From the NCBI GenBank assembly GCA_964291625.2, contig OZ220089.1:3520001-3584000 (forward strand): DNA of 64,000 nucleotides. The letters run 5' to 3'. Below are positions 1 through 9,692 of the stretch, piece after piece; within the stretch, counting starts at the first letter, position 1, and each line of letters begins with the position of its first letter. The translations under genes and the position numbers were made by a program. The notes beneath the pieces are model-generated. The model ran no database searches, was not told where the DNA came from, and was given only the letters and a program-made list of their open reading frames with translations. Source of the stretch: Candidatus Latescibacterota bacterium (lineage in GTDB: Bacteria > Latescibacterota > UBA2968 > UBA8231).

Positions 1-64
1 GCGCGCCCAGCCCCGATGGGGGGAGCCACAGGGCGCCGGCGGCGAGGAGAAGGACGGCGCGCAT
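1..64 (-). CDS. 5' end of a secreted protein (runs off the window)
   Basis: ATG at 64 reads MRAVLLLAAGALWLPPSGLGA, signal-peptide-like. Confidence 0.5.
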   Translation of the reverse strand, partial: MRAVLLLAAGALWLPPSGLGA

Positions 65-233
65 AAAAAAGAAAGAGCGACCAACCCACCAGAATGCCGG
101 AAGAAACGTTGTCGAAGTTCCACATTCAAGAAGAGTGGAAAACTTCCAGCGGGGCAAACTGTGATGTGAGTTCAGGTCACTCTTTGCCCGCAAGGTAGAG
201 GCGGAGGCTGTGGAAGTCAAGCGCGGGGCCTCC

Positions 234-1421
234 TCAGCCGCGGTCCTGCAGGATGGGGTCCAGGCCGCGGACCAGGCGGTCCATTCCTTCCTCGACGGTG
301 TGCGGCTCCAGGGCGCCGTAGGCGATGCGGATGCAGCAGGAGTCGGTCAGTCCGAAGCCGCTCCCGGGGATGACGGCGACACCGTGCTCGCGCACCAGCC
401 GCTCGACGACGCCCATCGACGGCAGCCGCGTCTCCAGGCGCGCCAGCAGGTAGAAGGCGCCGTTGGCCTCGGGCACCACGCACCGGGGCTCCAGCTCGCT
501 CAACCGCTCCAGGCACATGGCGCGCACGCGGTCGAGGCCGTCGACGTAACCACGGAACCAGGCCGGCCCGGCGCGCAGGGCCCCCGCCGCCGCCAGCTGC
601 GAGACCACGGGGGGGCAGATCAGGATCGTGTCCTGGCTCTTCTGCAGCCCCCGGATCAGCCGCCGCGGGGCCACGGCGTAGCCGACGCGCCAGTTGGCCA
701 GTCCGTACGACTTGGAGAAGGAGAACAGGGAGAGCGTGTGGCCGGCGCTGCCGGGGAGAGAGCCCGGCGACAGGTGGCCGGCGCCGTAGGTGAAGTGCTC
801 GTAGGCCTCGTCGCTGACGTGGTAGATGCCGCGGCGGCGGCACAGGTCGTTGACCGCGGCCAGGGCCCCCGGGTCGTAGACCACCCCGGCCGGGTTGTTC
901 GGCGAGATGGTGACGACCATGCGCGTGCGGCCGGTGACGGCGGCCTCCACGGCGTCGACGCGAAGGCCGTAGCGCTCGTCGGTGGGCACCTCCACGGCGC
1001 GGCAGTTGGCCATGGCGATGGCCATCTCGTGATTGAAGTAGAACGGCGACATGACCACCACCTCGTCGCCCGGGTCGCAGGCGCACAGCACCATGTGGTA
1101 GAAGGCCATGTTGCTGCCGGCGGTGACGAACAGCACCTGCTCGGCGTCGTCGACGTCGATGCCGTTCTCGGCGGACAGCTTGAGGCGCAGGCCCTCGTGC
1201 AGCTCGGGGATCCCGGCGGCGTCGCGGTAGTGGTGCTCCGCCGCATCGCCGCCGAAGGCGGCCACCGCCTCGAGAGCCTCGGGGGGCGGGCCGTAGTGCA
1301 CGACCCCCTGCCCGAGGGAGATCGTCCCCGGGTTCTGGCGGATGAGGGCGGCCACGTCGGGGATGACGGGCGCCTGCACCGCCTCCATGCGCGCCGACAG
1401 CGGGGCGGGGGGCTCAGCCAC
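234..1421 (-). CDS. PLP-dependent aminotransferase class I/II
   Basis: SPNNPAG, SDEAY and SFSKSYGLANWRVG (PLP lysine) motifs. Confidence 0.92.
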   Translation of the reverse strand: MAEPPAPLSARMEAVQAPVIPDVAALIRQNPGTISLGQGVVHYGPPPEALEAVAAFGGDAAEHHYRDAAGIPELHEGLRLKLSAENGIDVDDAEQVLFVTAGSNMAFYHMVLCACDPGDEVVVMSPFYFNHEMAIAMANCRAVEVPTDERYGLRVDAVEAAVTGRTRMVVTISPNNPAGVVYDPGALAAVNDLCRRRGIYHVSDEAYEHFTYGAGHLSPGSLPGSAGHTLSLFSFSKSYGLANWRVGYAVAPRRLIRGLQKSQDTILICPPVVSQLAAAGALRAGPAWFRGYVDGLDRVRAMCLERLSELEPRCVVPEANGAFYLLARLETRLPSMGVVERLVREHGVAVIPGSGFGLTDSCCIRIAYGALEPHTVEEGMDRLVRGLDPILQDRG

Positions 1422-2328
1422 GAAGGACCGCCTGCAGGCGGTCGTGGAGCCGGTCGAGCTCGCGGCGGGTCTCGTCGTCGAGGTGGAAGGCCAGCGGCCC
1501 CCGGTGCACCTGGTTCGGGAACAGGCCCTGGCGGTGCATCAGGTAGCGCTCGGTGACGATGTAGCCGTCGAGGCCGCCCTGCATCTGCAGGGTGGCGATG
1601 GCGCAGACCGGCAGGTAGACCTCGTAGGCGCGCTCCCAGTCGCCGGCCTCGCAGGCCCTCCACAGGGCGACGAGGCCGTCGAGCAGCTCGACGCCGGGAA
1701 TGGTGCCGGCCACGCCCCTGCGATAGGAATCGATGAGCAGCACGCCGCCGCTGCCCTCGAAGATCGCCGCGCGGCCTCCGGTGAGGTCGCGCAGGCCGGA
1801 GATGCGCGGCCCCAGGGGCGCGGCCTCCGGCTTGAACAGCACCCGTTCGCCGTGGCGGCGGAACAGCCCGGCCTGGAACTCCAGGCTCATGGGACGGCCC
1901 ACGTACCCCGAGGCGTCCTGGACGAGGACCGGCAGCGAGACCTCCTCCAGCAGGGACTCGAAGTACTCCGCCAGCTGCGGCTCGGCCAGCCCCTGCGACA
2001 GGGGCGGCATGGCCATCAGGGCGCCGGCGCCGCCGTCCTCCGCGGCGCGGGCGAAGCGGCGGGCCTGCACGGTGCTCTCGGCGCCGACGCTGATCACCAC
2101 CGGCCCGCGGCCCTCGGCGAACCCGGCGAGGCGGCCCGGGATCTCCTCGCGCTCGGCGGCGGTCAGGCGCAGGGTGTCGGAGACCAGCCCCAGGCACAGG
2201 CCGTCGGCGCCGGTCTCGAAGAGGTGGTCCACCTGCCGGTGCAGGGTGTCGTAGTCGATCCCGAGATCCTCGCGGTAGGGCATGTGCACGACGGGCAGCA
2301 CCCCGCGGATCTCCTGCTCACGGCTCAT
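1414..2328 (-). CDS. Dihydrodipicolinate synthase (DapA/NAL) family aldolase/lyase
   Basis: Start MSREQEIRGVLPVV; LTAAERE, PVVISVG and FKPE motifs; overlaps both neighbours. Confidence 0.85.
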   Translation of the reverse strand: MSREQEIRGVLPVVHMPYREDLGIDYDTLHRQVDHLFETGADGLCLGLVSDTLRLTAAEREEIPGRLAGFAEGRGPVVISVGAESTVQARRFARAAEDGGAGALMAMPPLSQGLAEPQLAEYFESLLEEVSLPVLVQDASGYVGRPMSLEFQAGLFRRHGERVLFKPEAAPLGPRISGLRDLTGGRAAIFEGSGGVLLIDSYRRGVAGTIPGVELLDGLVALWRACEAGDWERAYEVYLPVCAIATLQMQGGLDGYIVTERYLMHRQGLFPNQVHRGPLAFHLDDETRRELDRLHDRLQAVLRG

Positions 2329-3173
2329 TCGTCGCTCTCCCGGCCGCCGCGGCGGCGCACCCGCAGCAGCAGGTCTCGCAGGTGGGGCGCGGCGGCGGCC
2401 ATGTAGACAGGGAACTTGCGGCTGCGGTCGTAGGTCGGCTCGCGGCCGTCGCCGAGAAAGCAGCAGGCGCCGGCTTCCTCGGCGATCAGGGAGGGTGGTC
2501 CCACGTCGTAGACCTCGACCTGCCGCGTGAGGTAGGCGGCGAGGTCGCCCTCGGCGAGCCGGGTCAGCACGAGGGCGGCCCCCATGGGGTAGTCGAGGGG
2601 CTCCAGATGCTCCCGGGCGGCGGCCCGGTAGCGCCGCGCCTTGGTGGAGACGAAGGCCTTCTTCGTGCGCGGCCTCTCCGGCAGACGCAGCGGCTTCGGG
2701 GCCCCCGTCCCGACCTGGACCCAGGCGCCGCGGCCGCGCACCGCGGTGAACAGCTTGTCCTCCGTGGGGCGGGCGACGGCGGCGGCGATCATGTACCCGG
2801 CGCGGGCCAGGCCGATGCAGATGTGGTACGGGGCGTCGCCGCGCTGGAAGTGGAGGGTGCCGTCGATGGGATCGAGGATGACCACCTCGTCGCCGCCGTT
2901 GCCGGCGAAGGCGCGGCGCATGGCGGTGCGCTCCTCGGCGATGCAGCGCACCCGGGGGAAGCGGGCGTGGACGGCGCCCAGGATGAGATCCTGAAAGGCG
3001 GAGTCGAGGACGGTGAGCGCCCCCGAGGCCTGCTGCGCTCGGGACCCGGTGAGAGAGGTGTCGGCCTTCTTGCCCACGTCGGCCACGGCGCCGTGGAAAG
3101 GCCGCGACGCGGCGGCGCACTGGCGGACCACGGGCAGGACCGCGTCCAGGAACCGCTGGGGCTGGATGGCCAT
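2325..3173 (-). CDS. Inositol monophosphatase family protein
   Basis: IAEE, ILDPIDGT and YDVG metal-binding motifs. Confidence 0.9.
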   Translation of the reverse strand: MAIQPQRFLDAVLPVVRQCAAASRPFHGAVADVGKKADTSLTGSRAQQASGALTVLDSAFQDLILGAVHARFPRVRCIAEERTAMRRAFAGNGGDEVVILDPIDGTLHFQRGDAPYHICIGLARAGYMIAAAVARPTEDKLFTAVRGRGAWVQVGTGAPKPLRLPERPRTKKAFVSTKARRYRAAAREHLEPLDYPMGAALVLTRLAEGDLAAYLTRQVEVYDVGPPSLIAEEAGACCFLGDGREPTYDRSRKFPVYMAAAAPHLRDLLLRVRRRGGRESDE

Positions 3174-3207
3174 TCCGATCACATCCGGTCCGGCCGAGGG
3201 GCTCGCC

Positions 3208-5517
3208 TCAGCCGGCGGCCTCCGGCCAGCTCCGGGGCTGCAGGGCCTGCATCACCTTGTCCGGGCTCATGGGCAGCTCCGTCAGCCGTTCGCCGATGGC
3301 GTCGGCCACGGCGTTGGCGATCGCCGCCAGGGGCGGCACCAGCGGCACCTCGCCGACACCGCGGATGCCGTGGGGCGAGGCGGGGTTGGGCACCTCCACG
3401 AGGATCGTCTCCACCAGGGGCAGGTCGAGGGTGGTGGGCATCCGGTAGTCGAGGAAGGTGGGGTTGGCCATGGAGCCGTCCTCGTTGTAGAAGTAGCCCT
3501 CGGTGAGGGCCCAGCCGATCCCCTGGACGACGCCGCCCTGGATCTGGCCCTCCACGTAGCTCGGGTGGATGGCCTTGCCGACGTCCTGCACCGCGGTGTA
3601 GCGCAGGACCGCCACCTTGCCGGTCTCGGGGTCGACCTCGACATCGACGACGTGGGCGGCGAAGGCGCTGCCGGGGCCCGAGGCGTTGACGGCGCCCGCC
3701 CCCTCGATGGGACCGCCGGTCGAGCCCTGGTCGGCGGCGACCTCGGCGAAGGTGAGCTTCTTCGACGGGTCCGACTTGCAGACGAAGACGGCTCCCTCGC
3801 GCCACTCCACGTCGCCTTCGTCGACCTCCAGCTGCCGGGCGGCGCGCTCGCACATCTTCTGCTTGGTGTCCTCCGCCGCCAGGAAGCAGGCGTGGCCCGT
3901 GGCGTAGCAGACGCGGCTGCCCCCGGTGCCGTCGTGGTAGCCGATGGAGTCGGTGTCGACGACGGCGGGATTCACGTGGCCCACGTCGACCCCCAGGGCC
4001 TCGGCGACGATCATGGCCATGGCGGCCCGTGAGCCGCCGATGTCGGCGGAGCCTTCCTCCAGGCTGACCATGCCGTCGGTGTGGACGTGGATGTTGGCCG
4101 ACGACTGGCCGCCGCCGTTGAACCAGAAGCCTCCGGCCACCCCGCGTCCGGTGAAGGGGCCCTCGGGCTTGGGGCTGCGGTAGTGCTCGGACTCGAGGGC
4201 GGCGGTGACCGTCTCCTCGCAGCCGATGCGGTTGTAGACCGTGCCGTCGGCGCGGCGGGTGCCCTCGCGGGAGGAGTTCTTCAGGCGCAGCTCGAGGGGA
4301 TCCATGCCGATGAGCCCGGCCAGCTCGTCGAGGATCGACTCCGAGGCGTGGGCGGCGTTGGGGGCGCCCGGGGCCCGGTAGGCGGTGGACTTGGGTTTGT
4401 TGAGGACCACGTCGAGGGCGTCGATGCGCACGTTGGGGATGTCGTACGGCGCGAAGATGCACGAGGCGCCGGCGCCGACGGCCGAGCCGGGGAAGGCGCC
4501 GGCCTCGTAGGCCATCCACGCCTCGGCGGCGGTCAGGGTGCCGTCGCGGCGGACGCCCATCTTGCAGCGGACGACGCCGCCGGGCGCGGGCCCCGACCCC
4601 TCGAAGACCTCGGCCCGGGACATGGTCATCTTCACCGGCCGTCCGGTCTTGTGGGACATGACCGCCGCCGCCGGCTCCATGTAGATGGGGAACTTGCCGC
4701 CGAAGCCGCCGCCGATCTCGCAGGGGATGACCTTCACCTTGCCGATGGGCACGTGCAGGACCTCGGCCACCTGGGAACGGATCTGGAAGGGGCCCTGGGT
4801 GCTGACCCAGACGGTGATCGAGCCGTCCTGCTTCCACAGGACGGTGGTGTTGTGGGGCTCGATGTAGCCTTGGTGCACGGTGGCGGTGCGGAACTCGCGC
4901 TCGACGATCTCGTCGGCCTCGGCGAAGCCGGCCTCCACGTCCCCCAGCTCCTGGCGGTTGTGGGAGGCGATGTTGCTGCTGCGGTCGGTGCTCTCCCCCA
5001 AAAGGCGGGTGGTGCGGTTCTCGTCCAGCAGCGGCGCGTCTTCCTTCATCGCCTCGAGGATATCGACCACCGCCAGCAGAGGCTCGTAGTCGACCTCGAT
5101 CAGCTCGAGGGCTTCCTCGGCGATGTGGGGGCTGGTGGCGGCCACGGCGGCCACCGCATGTCCCTTGTAGAGCACCTTGCCCGAGGCCAGGGAGTTGGAG
5201 GCGACCTCGCGGATGTTGACCAGGGTCTCGCCGATGTCGGAGAGCTTGTCGACGGTCTCCACCAGGTCGTCGGCGGTGGCCACGGCGCGCACGCCTTCCA
5301 GCTGCAGGGCCCGCGAGGTGTCGATGCCGCGGATGCGGGCGTGGGCGTGGGGCGAGCGCAGCATCTTGCCGTAGAGGACGTCGGCGGGGCGCACGTCGGC
5401 GCCGTACACGGCGCGGCCGGTGACCTTGTCCTCCCCGTCGTGGCGGATCGGGCGGGTGCCGATGACCCGGAACTTGCCGCCGCTGGTGTATTCGGGGTAC
5501 GCAGGGTTGGTGGACAT
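3208..5517 (-). CDS. Xanthine dehydrogenase/CoxL family molybdopterin-binding subunit
   Basis: Start MSTNPAYP after AGGAGA; KVTGRAVY, RSPHAHA, GGGFGGK, AYRAPG, GQIQGG and RGVGEVP motifs. Confidence 0.93.
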   Translation of the reverse strand: MSTNPAYPEYTSGGKFRVIGTRPIRHDGEDKVTGRAVYGADVRPADVLYGKMLRSPHAHARIRGIDTSRALQLEGVRAVATADDLVETVDKLSDIGETLVNIREVASNSLASGKVLYKGHAVAAVAATSPHIAEEALELIEVDYEPLLAVVDILEAMKEDAPLLDENRTTRLLGESTDRSSNIASHNRQELGDVEAGFAEADEIVEREFRTATVHQGYIEPHNTTVLWKQDGSITVWVSTQGPFQIRSQVAEVLHVPIGKVKVIPCEIGGGFGGKFPIYMEPAAAVMSHKTGRPVKMTMSRAEVFEGSGPAPGGVVRCKMGVRRDGTLTAAEAWMAYEAGAFPGSAVGAGASCIFAPYDIPNVRIDALDVVLNKPKSTAYRAPGAPNAAHASESILDELAGLIGMDPLELRLKNSSREGTRRADGTVYNRIGCEETVTAALESEHYRSPKPEGPFTGRGVAGGFWFNGGGQSSANIHVHTDGMVSLEEGSADIGGSRAAMAMIVAEALGVDVGHVNPAVVDTDSIGYHDGTGGSRVCYATGHACFLAAEDTKQKMCERAARQLEVDEGDVEWREGAVFVCKSDPSKKLTFAEVAADQGSTGGPIEGAGAVNASGPGSAFAAHVVDVEVDPETGKVAVLRYTAVQDVGKAIHPSYVEGQIQGGVVQGIGWALTEGYFYNEDGSMANPTFLDYRMPTTLDLPLVETILVEVPNPASPHGIRGVGEVPLVPPLAAIANAVADAIGERLTELPMSPDKVMQALQPRSWPEAAG

Positions 5518-5566
5518 CGTTCTCTCCTGGGAAGGGGCGCGGGAGGTGCCGCGCGAAGAGCGAGCT

Positions 5567-5595
5567 ACGGTAGGCAGGCCCCGGATTCCTGTCAA
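5567..5595 (-). promoter_or_regulatory. Sigma70-like promoter for the Mo-hydroxylase gene
   Basis: TTGACA-17 nt-TACCGT on the minus strand. Confidence 0.55.
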
Positions 5596-5670
5596 CGAGA
5601 GGGAGGGGGCGTGCACCGGAACCGGGAGGCCTGCTTGTTCCCGGCGGCCGAGGCGGTTTTCCTCAGAGCC

Positions 5671-6399
5671 ATGAACTGGGAGACGGCGCCGGTCCCTCCG
5701 GCCCTCGGCGCGGGCGAGGTCCACGTGTGGCGGGTCCACCTCGGGATCGCCGGCGCCTGCGGGGATCCCCCGGACGAGGCCGCCCTCGCCGCCGAGGAGC
5801 GGGAACGTGCCTCGAGCTATCCCGCCGGCGAGCCCCGGCGCCGCTTCCTGACCTCCCGCGCGAGACTGCGGTCCCTGCTGTCCGGCTACCTGGGCGCCGC
5901 CCCCCGCGAGGTCCGGCTGGCCTACGGGGAGCAGGGCAAGCCCTCCCTTCGCGAGCCGGCCGCGGACCTCACCTTCAACCTCTCCCACTCGGGGGACCTG
6001 CTGCTGCTGGCCTTCGGCCGCGGACGGGAGCTGGGCATCGACGTGGAGCGGACGGGGCGCGACGTGGCCTGGGAGCGGGTGGCGCGGCGGTTCTTCGAGA
6101 GGCGGGAGCTGGAGGCCCTGCGGAGCCTGCCCGCGGCGGAGCGCCGGGCCGCCTTCTTCCGCTGCTGGACCCGCAAGGAAGCGTTCGTGAAGGCCACCGG
6201 CCGCGGCGTCACCCAGGGCCTGCGGAGCTTCGCCGTCTCCCTGGACCCGGCCGCCGCCGCCCTGACCTGGATCCAGGGCGGGGACCCCGCCGACTGGGGC
6301 ATGGCCGATGTCGACGCCGGGCCGGGGCACGCCGCCGCCGTGTGCGCCGCCGGACGCGGCTGGTCGCTCCGCTGCTTCGAGCCGGCGCCGGCCAGCTAG
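5671..6399 (+). CDS. Sfp/HetI-type 4'-phosphopantetheinyl transferase
   Basis: GKP, FNLSHSG, LGIDVE and WTRKEAFVKATG motifs. Confidence 0.93.
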   Translation: MNWETAPVPPALGAGEVHVWRVHLGIAGACGDPPDEAALAAEERERASSYPAGEPRRRFLTSRARLRSLLSGYLGAAPREVRLAYGEQGKPSLREPAADLTFNLSHSGDLLLLAFGRGRELGIDVERTGRDVAWERVARRFFERRELEALRSLPAAERRAAFFRCWTRKEAFVKATGRGVTQGLRSFAVSLDPAAAALTWIQGGDPADWGMADVDAGPGHAAAVCAAGRGWSLRCFEPAPAS

Positions 6400-7145
6400 A
6401 GCATCAGCACCCGGTGGACCCCGCGCAGGTCCATCTCGAACTCGATCTCCTCCACGGGGGGGCGCGTGTGGTGCCAGTGGATGCCCAGGCGCCGGGCGGG
6501 GCCGATGCGCTGGAGCAGGACCTCCTCGAGGAAGCCGTCCAGGGGATGGACGGTGTAGACGTTCACCTGGTCCACCAGGTCCCAGCCGGCGCCGAGCCCC
6601 TGCAGCCGCTGCTCCATCGCGTCCATGACGCACGCCGCCTTGTCGCGCATCCCGTCCCCGGAGGTGTCGCCGCGGCGGACGATGGCCGCTGCCTCCAGGG
6701 CGCTGCCGCGCAGCTCTCCGGCTCCCGCAACGACCAGCGACGGGGCGAGCCCGGCGGCGGCCGGAGCGGTATGGGAGAAGGCGAACATGCACGGCTCCCG
6801 GGGCGGCTCGTGGGACGGGGCCACGTTGGTGCGGGCCACCGGGTTGAGGCCGTCGATGAGCAGGTCCCACTCGGCGAGCAGGCGGCGGTACCCGTCGTTG
6901 AAGCGGATGAAGCCCTCGATGCTGTAGGGCTTCGGGCAGCGCAGCTGCACGCCGCACAGGGCCGACCGGTCGAGCCCCTCTTCGGCGAGGTGCGCCTCCA
7001 CGCGCTCGAAGCCGAGGCGCCAGGGCGGCTGGTCGCGCAGGATCACGTGGACGATCTCGAAACCCGGGTCGGCGATCACCCCCGAGGAGTAGGGATCGAT
7101 GCCTTTCAGGAAGTGGTAGTGGCCGGCCGGGTTGGGCAGCAGCAT
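6396..7145 (-). CDS. CnbZ/RidA-like deaminase family protein
   Basis: YHFLKGIDPYSSGVIADPGFEI, NPVARTNVAP and EFEMDLRG resemble 2-amino-5-chloromuconate deaminase CnbZ. Confidence 0.7.
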   Translation of the reverse strand: MLLPNPAGHYHFLKGIDPYSSGVIADPGFEIVHVILRDQPPWRLGFERVEAHLAEEGLDRSALCGVQLRCPKPYSIEGFIRFNDGYRRLLAEWDLLIDGLNPVARTNVAPSHEPPREPCMFAFSHTAPAAAGLAPSLVVAGAGELRGSALEAAAIVRRGDTSGDGMRDKAACVMDAMEQRLQGLGAGWDLVDQVNVYTVHPLDGFLEEVLLQRIGPARRLGIHWHHTRPPVEEIEFEMDLRGVHRVLML

Positions 7146-7293
7146 GGTCTGAGGACTCCGGATCGGGGTGCGAATCTCGAGGCGGTGCGAGAGAGTTGCC
7201 GAATCTATGGGAGGCCGAGGCGGCGGCTCAAGATCTCCCCCGGCCCTATATTCGCCCGCTTCGACGACCGTGACGTGAGGAGATGAGAGACCG

Positions 7294-8250
7294 ATGCCCT
7301 GGCGAATCCTGATGCAGTCGGACGTGGAACCCTACGAGACGGTCATGCGCCTGCTGGATGAGGCCGGCTGCGAGCTGGACTGGTGGCGCGAGCCCGAGCC
7401 GCCGCCCGGCGTCGATTACGGCGCCATCGAGGGCATCTACGTGTACAGTCACATGTGGGTGAGCAAGGAACTGATGGCCCGCTGCCCGAACCTGAAGATC
7501 GTCAGCAACTTCGGCGTCGGCTGCGACCACATCGACCTGGAGGGCGCCCGCTCCCTCGGCCTGCCGGTGGGCAACACCCCGGGCGTGCTCGACGCGGCCA
7601 CCGCCGACCTGACCTGGACCCTGCTGCTGGCGGCGGCGCGCAACGCCATCCGCGGCGACCACTTCGCCCGCGGCCCGGAGTTCACCCACTACGACGCCGC
7701 GATCCTCCTCGGCCAGCAGGTGACCGGGGCCGCCCTCGGCATCGTCGGCCTCGGCCGCATCGGCTACCAGGTCGCCCGGCGGGCGGCGGGCTTCGACATG
7801 GAGATCCTCTACCACAACCGCAACCGCAACGAGCGCGCCGAGCGGGAGCTGGGCGCCCGCTACCTGTCCCTCGACGAGCTGCTGGAGCAGTCCGACTTCG
7901 TCACCCTCAACTGCCCCCTCACGGAGGAGACCCGCGGCCTCATCGGCTCCCGCGAGATCGGGCTCATGAAGCCGACGGCGGTCCTCGTCAACGCCGCCCG
8001 GGGCCCGGTCTGGGACCAGGAGGCGGTCCTCGAGGCCCTGCGCGCCGGGCACCTGCACGCCGCCGCCACCGACGTGACCGACCCGGAGCCGCTGCCGCGC
8101 GACCATCCCCTGCTGGCGCAGGAGAACCTGGTGATCTTCCCGCACCTGGGGTCGGCCACCCGCCAGACCCGGGACGCCATGTCGACCATGTCCGTGGACA
8201 ACCTGGTGGCGGGGCTCGAAGGGCGGGAGGTGCCTTACCGGATCGCGTAG
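7294..8250 (+). CDS. D-2-hydroxyacid dehydrogenase (glyoxylate/hydroxypyruvate reductase-like)
   Basis: GIVGLGRIG, VNAARG, DVTDPEP and PHLGSAT motifs. Confidence 0.93.
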   Translation: MPWRILMQSDVEPYETVMRLLDEAGCELDWWREPEPPPGVDYGAIEGIYVYSHMWVSKELMARCPNLKIVSNFGVGCDHIDLEGARSLGLPVGNTPGVLDAATADLTWTLLLAAARNAIRGDHFARGPEFTHYDAAILLGQQVTGAALGIVGLGRIGYQVARRAAGFDMEILYHNRNRNERAERELGARYLSLDELLEQSDFVTLNCPLTEETRGLIGSREIGLMKPTAVLVNAARGPVWDQEAVLEALRAGHLHAAATDVTDPEPLPRDHPLLAQENLVIFPHLGSATRQTRDAMSTMSVDNLVAGLEGREVPYRIA

Positions 8251-8300
8251 CTTGGTACCGAATCATTGAGATCTTACTGAGTCGGGAGGCTAATCGGCCA

Positions 8301-8822
8301 ATGAGCCCAAGAAGAAGGAAACCGAACCCGAGCTTCATGCGGCCTCTGCAGCCTGATGCAGTCTTGGGTGCAATCGTCGGGCATGAACCCATGCCACGAA
8401 CCGAGGTTGTAGTACGGCTCTGGTCATACATTAAAGTGAATAGGCTCCAGGACAGTCGGAACAAACGGATGGTAAAGGCTGATAGAAAGCTCGGACCGCT
8501 GTTCGGTGGAAAGAGCGAAGTCAGCATGTTTGAAGTGACGCGACTCGTGTCGTTGCACCTGCGTGCCCTCTCGCATGCAGAACAGCAAGTCTACGATGCT
8601 GCTGGAGAGAAGCGAGAGCTATCTCGATCATATCGCCTATTGGGCTGTTCGCCAGACGCTTCAGATGACGACCTGAGGCAACGCTATCGTGACTTGTGCC
8701 GACAGTATCATCCCGATCGTGTAAGTTCTCTGGGACCTGAGCTAGTCGAGCTCGCAACCGAGAAATTCCAGGAGATCCAATATGCCTACGACCTTGTCTT
8801 GTCAGACCGACAGGATGGGTGA
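8301..8822 (+). CDS. SWIB/MDM2 domain + DnaJ J-domain fusion protein
   Basis: GGAGG RBS; N-terminal FMRPLQPD..PRTEVVVRLWSYIK..LQD..VSMFEVTRLVSLHL (SWIB); C-terminal YRLLG..YHPDRV..KFQEIQYAY (J domain, HPD intact). Confidence 0.88.
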   Translation: MSPRRRKPNPSFMRPLQPDAVLGAIVGHEPMPRTEVVVRLWSYIKVNRLQDSRNKRMVKADRKLGPLFGGKSEVSMFEVTRLVSLHLRALSHAEQQVYDAAGEKRELSRSYRLLGCSPDASDDDLRQRYRDLCRQYHPDRVSSLGPELVELATEKFQEIQYAYDLVLSDRQDG

Positions 8823-8920
8823 GGCTTTGGCCGGTGCCTCTATGGCTGAACAGGTCCATGGGACACAGCTATGCACAGTGTGCGCGAATGTGAATGATGC
8901 TCTGCTACGGATATCGGGGG

Positions 8921-9692
8921 ATGGTCAAGGTGGTGGCTTTGCACGATGATGCACTGAGATTGGCAGAACTTGATCGACAGGTAGTTCAAGCTATCGTCGA
9001 TGGACATATTGAAAGTTTGTTTTCTGTGCTGGAGGCGTACCTGGAACTGAAGGCAAGTCTTCAGCAGCGACTTCTGGATGAATCGGCTATATCGGTTCAA
9101 GATGCAGAAGCGCGGGAGGTTCTTCGCAAAATTGGCGGAAACGATGGTTTTCGGTCGGACGAAATTGTCGAGCGAATCAAGGCCCGTACGGGCGAGGACT
9201 TGGCGGCTGAGGGATTCGAGGACGCGGACCTTGAGAGGTTGGGCTCCGATCTATTCTACTCCTGGTATAGTCACGAAGAGTACGTGAGAGCACTTCGCGA
9301 GTTGCGACCGCTGATCTTGGGATGCAACACCTCGGAAAGCGTAATCCGACTGGTAGAGCAGATCAAGCGGTGCTATGCCTTTCAGCAATATGACGCAGCG
9401 TTCGGATTGTGCCGGACTGTACTTGAGGCAAGTATTCGAGACATATGCGTTCGGCAAGGACTATTCCCTAACCGGAAGGAAAGCGCCGTACTCTACGATA
9501 AGATCTACTGGTGGAAGTTGCGCAACGTCGTGTCCTCTGGACACCTCAATGAGACCTTAGAAGATCTGTTCGGGCGCCTCTCCAAGGTGTTGCACGCGCG
9601 GAGAACGGTAGGGGCCAACGAGGCCCGTGAAGTCTTCGAGGAGACAGTATTTGGTTATTGAGAAGCTCTACGAATTCCACAACCTCCGATGA
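8921..9692 (+). CDS. DUF4145/HEPN-like protein; apparent +1 frameshift near 9650 (as written it stops at 9661)
   Basis: YAFQQYDAAFGLCRTVLEASIRD helix and R-LSKVL-H motif; removing one T gives ..ETVLVIEKLYEFHNLR*. Confidence 0.65.

Noticed and set aside
3208-6957. 1249-aa ORF as one giant molybdoenzyme fusion
   Set aside because: The true start is at 5517 with RBS and promoter; the upstream part overlaps the PPTase and CnbZ-like genes
8823-8920. Integron attC site between the islet genes
   Set aside because: No recognisable RYYYAAC/GTTRRRY-bounded palindrome and no integrase
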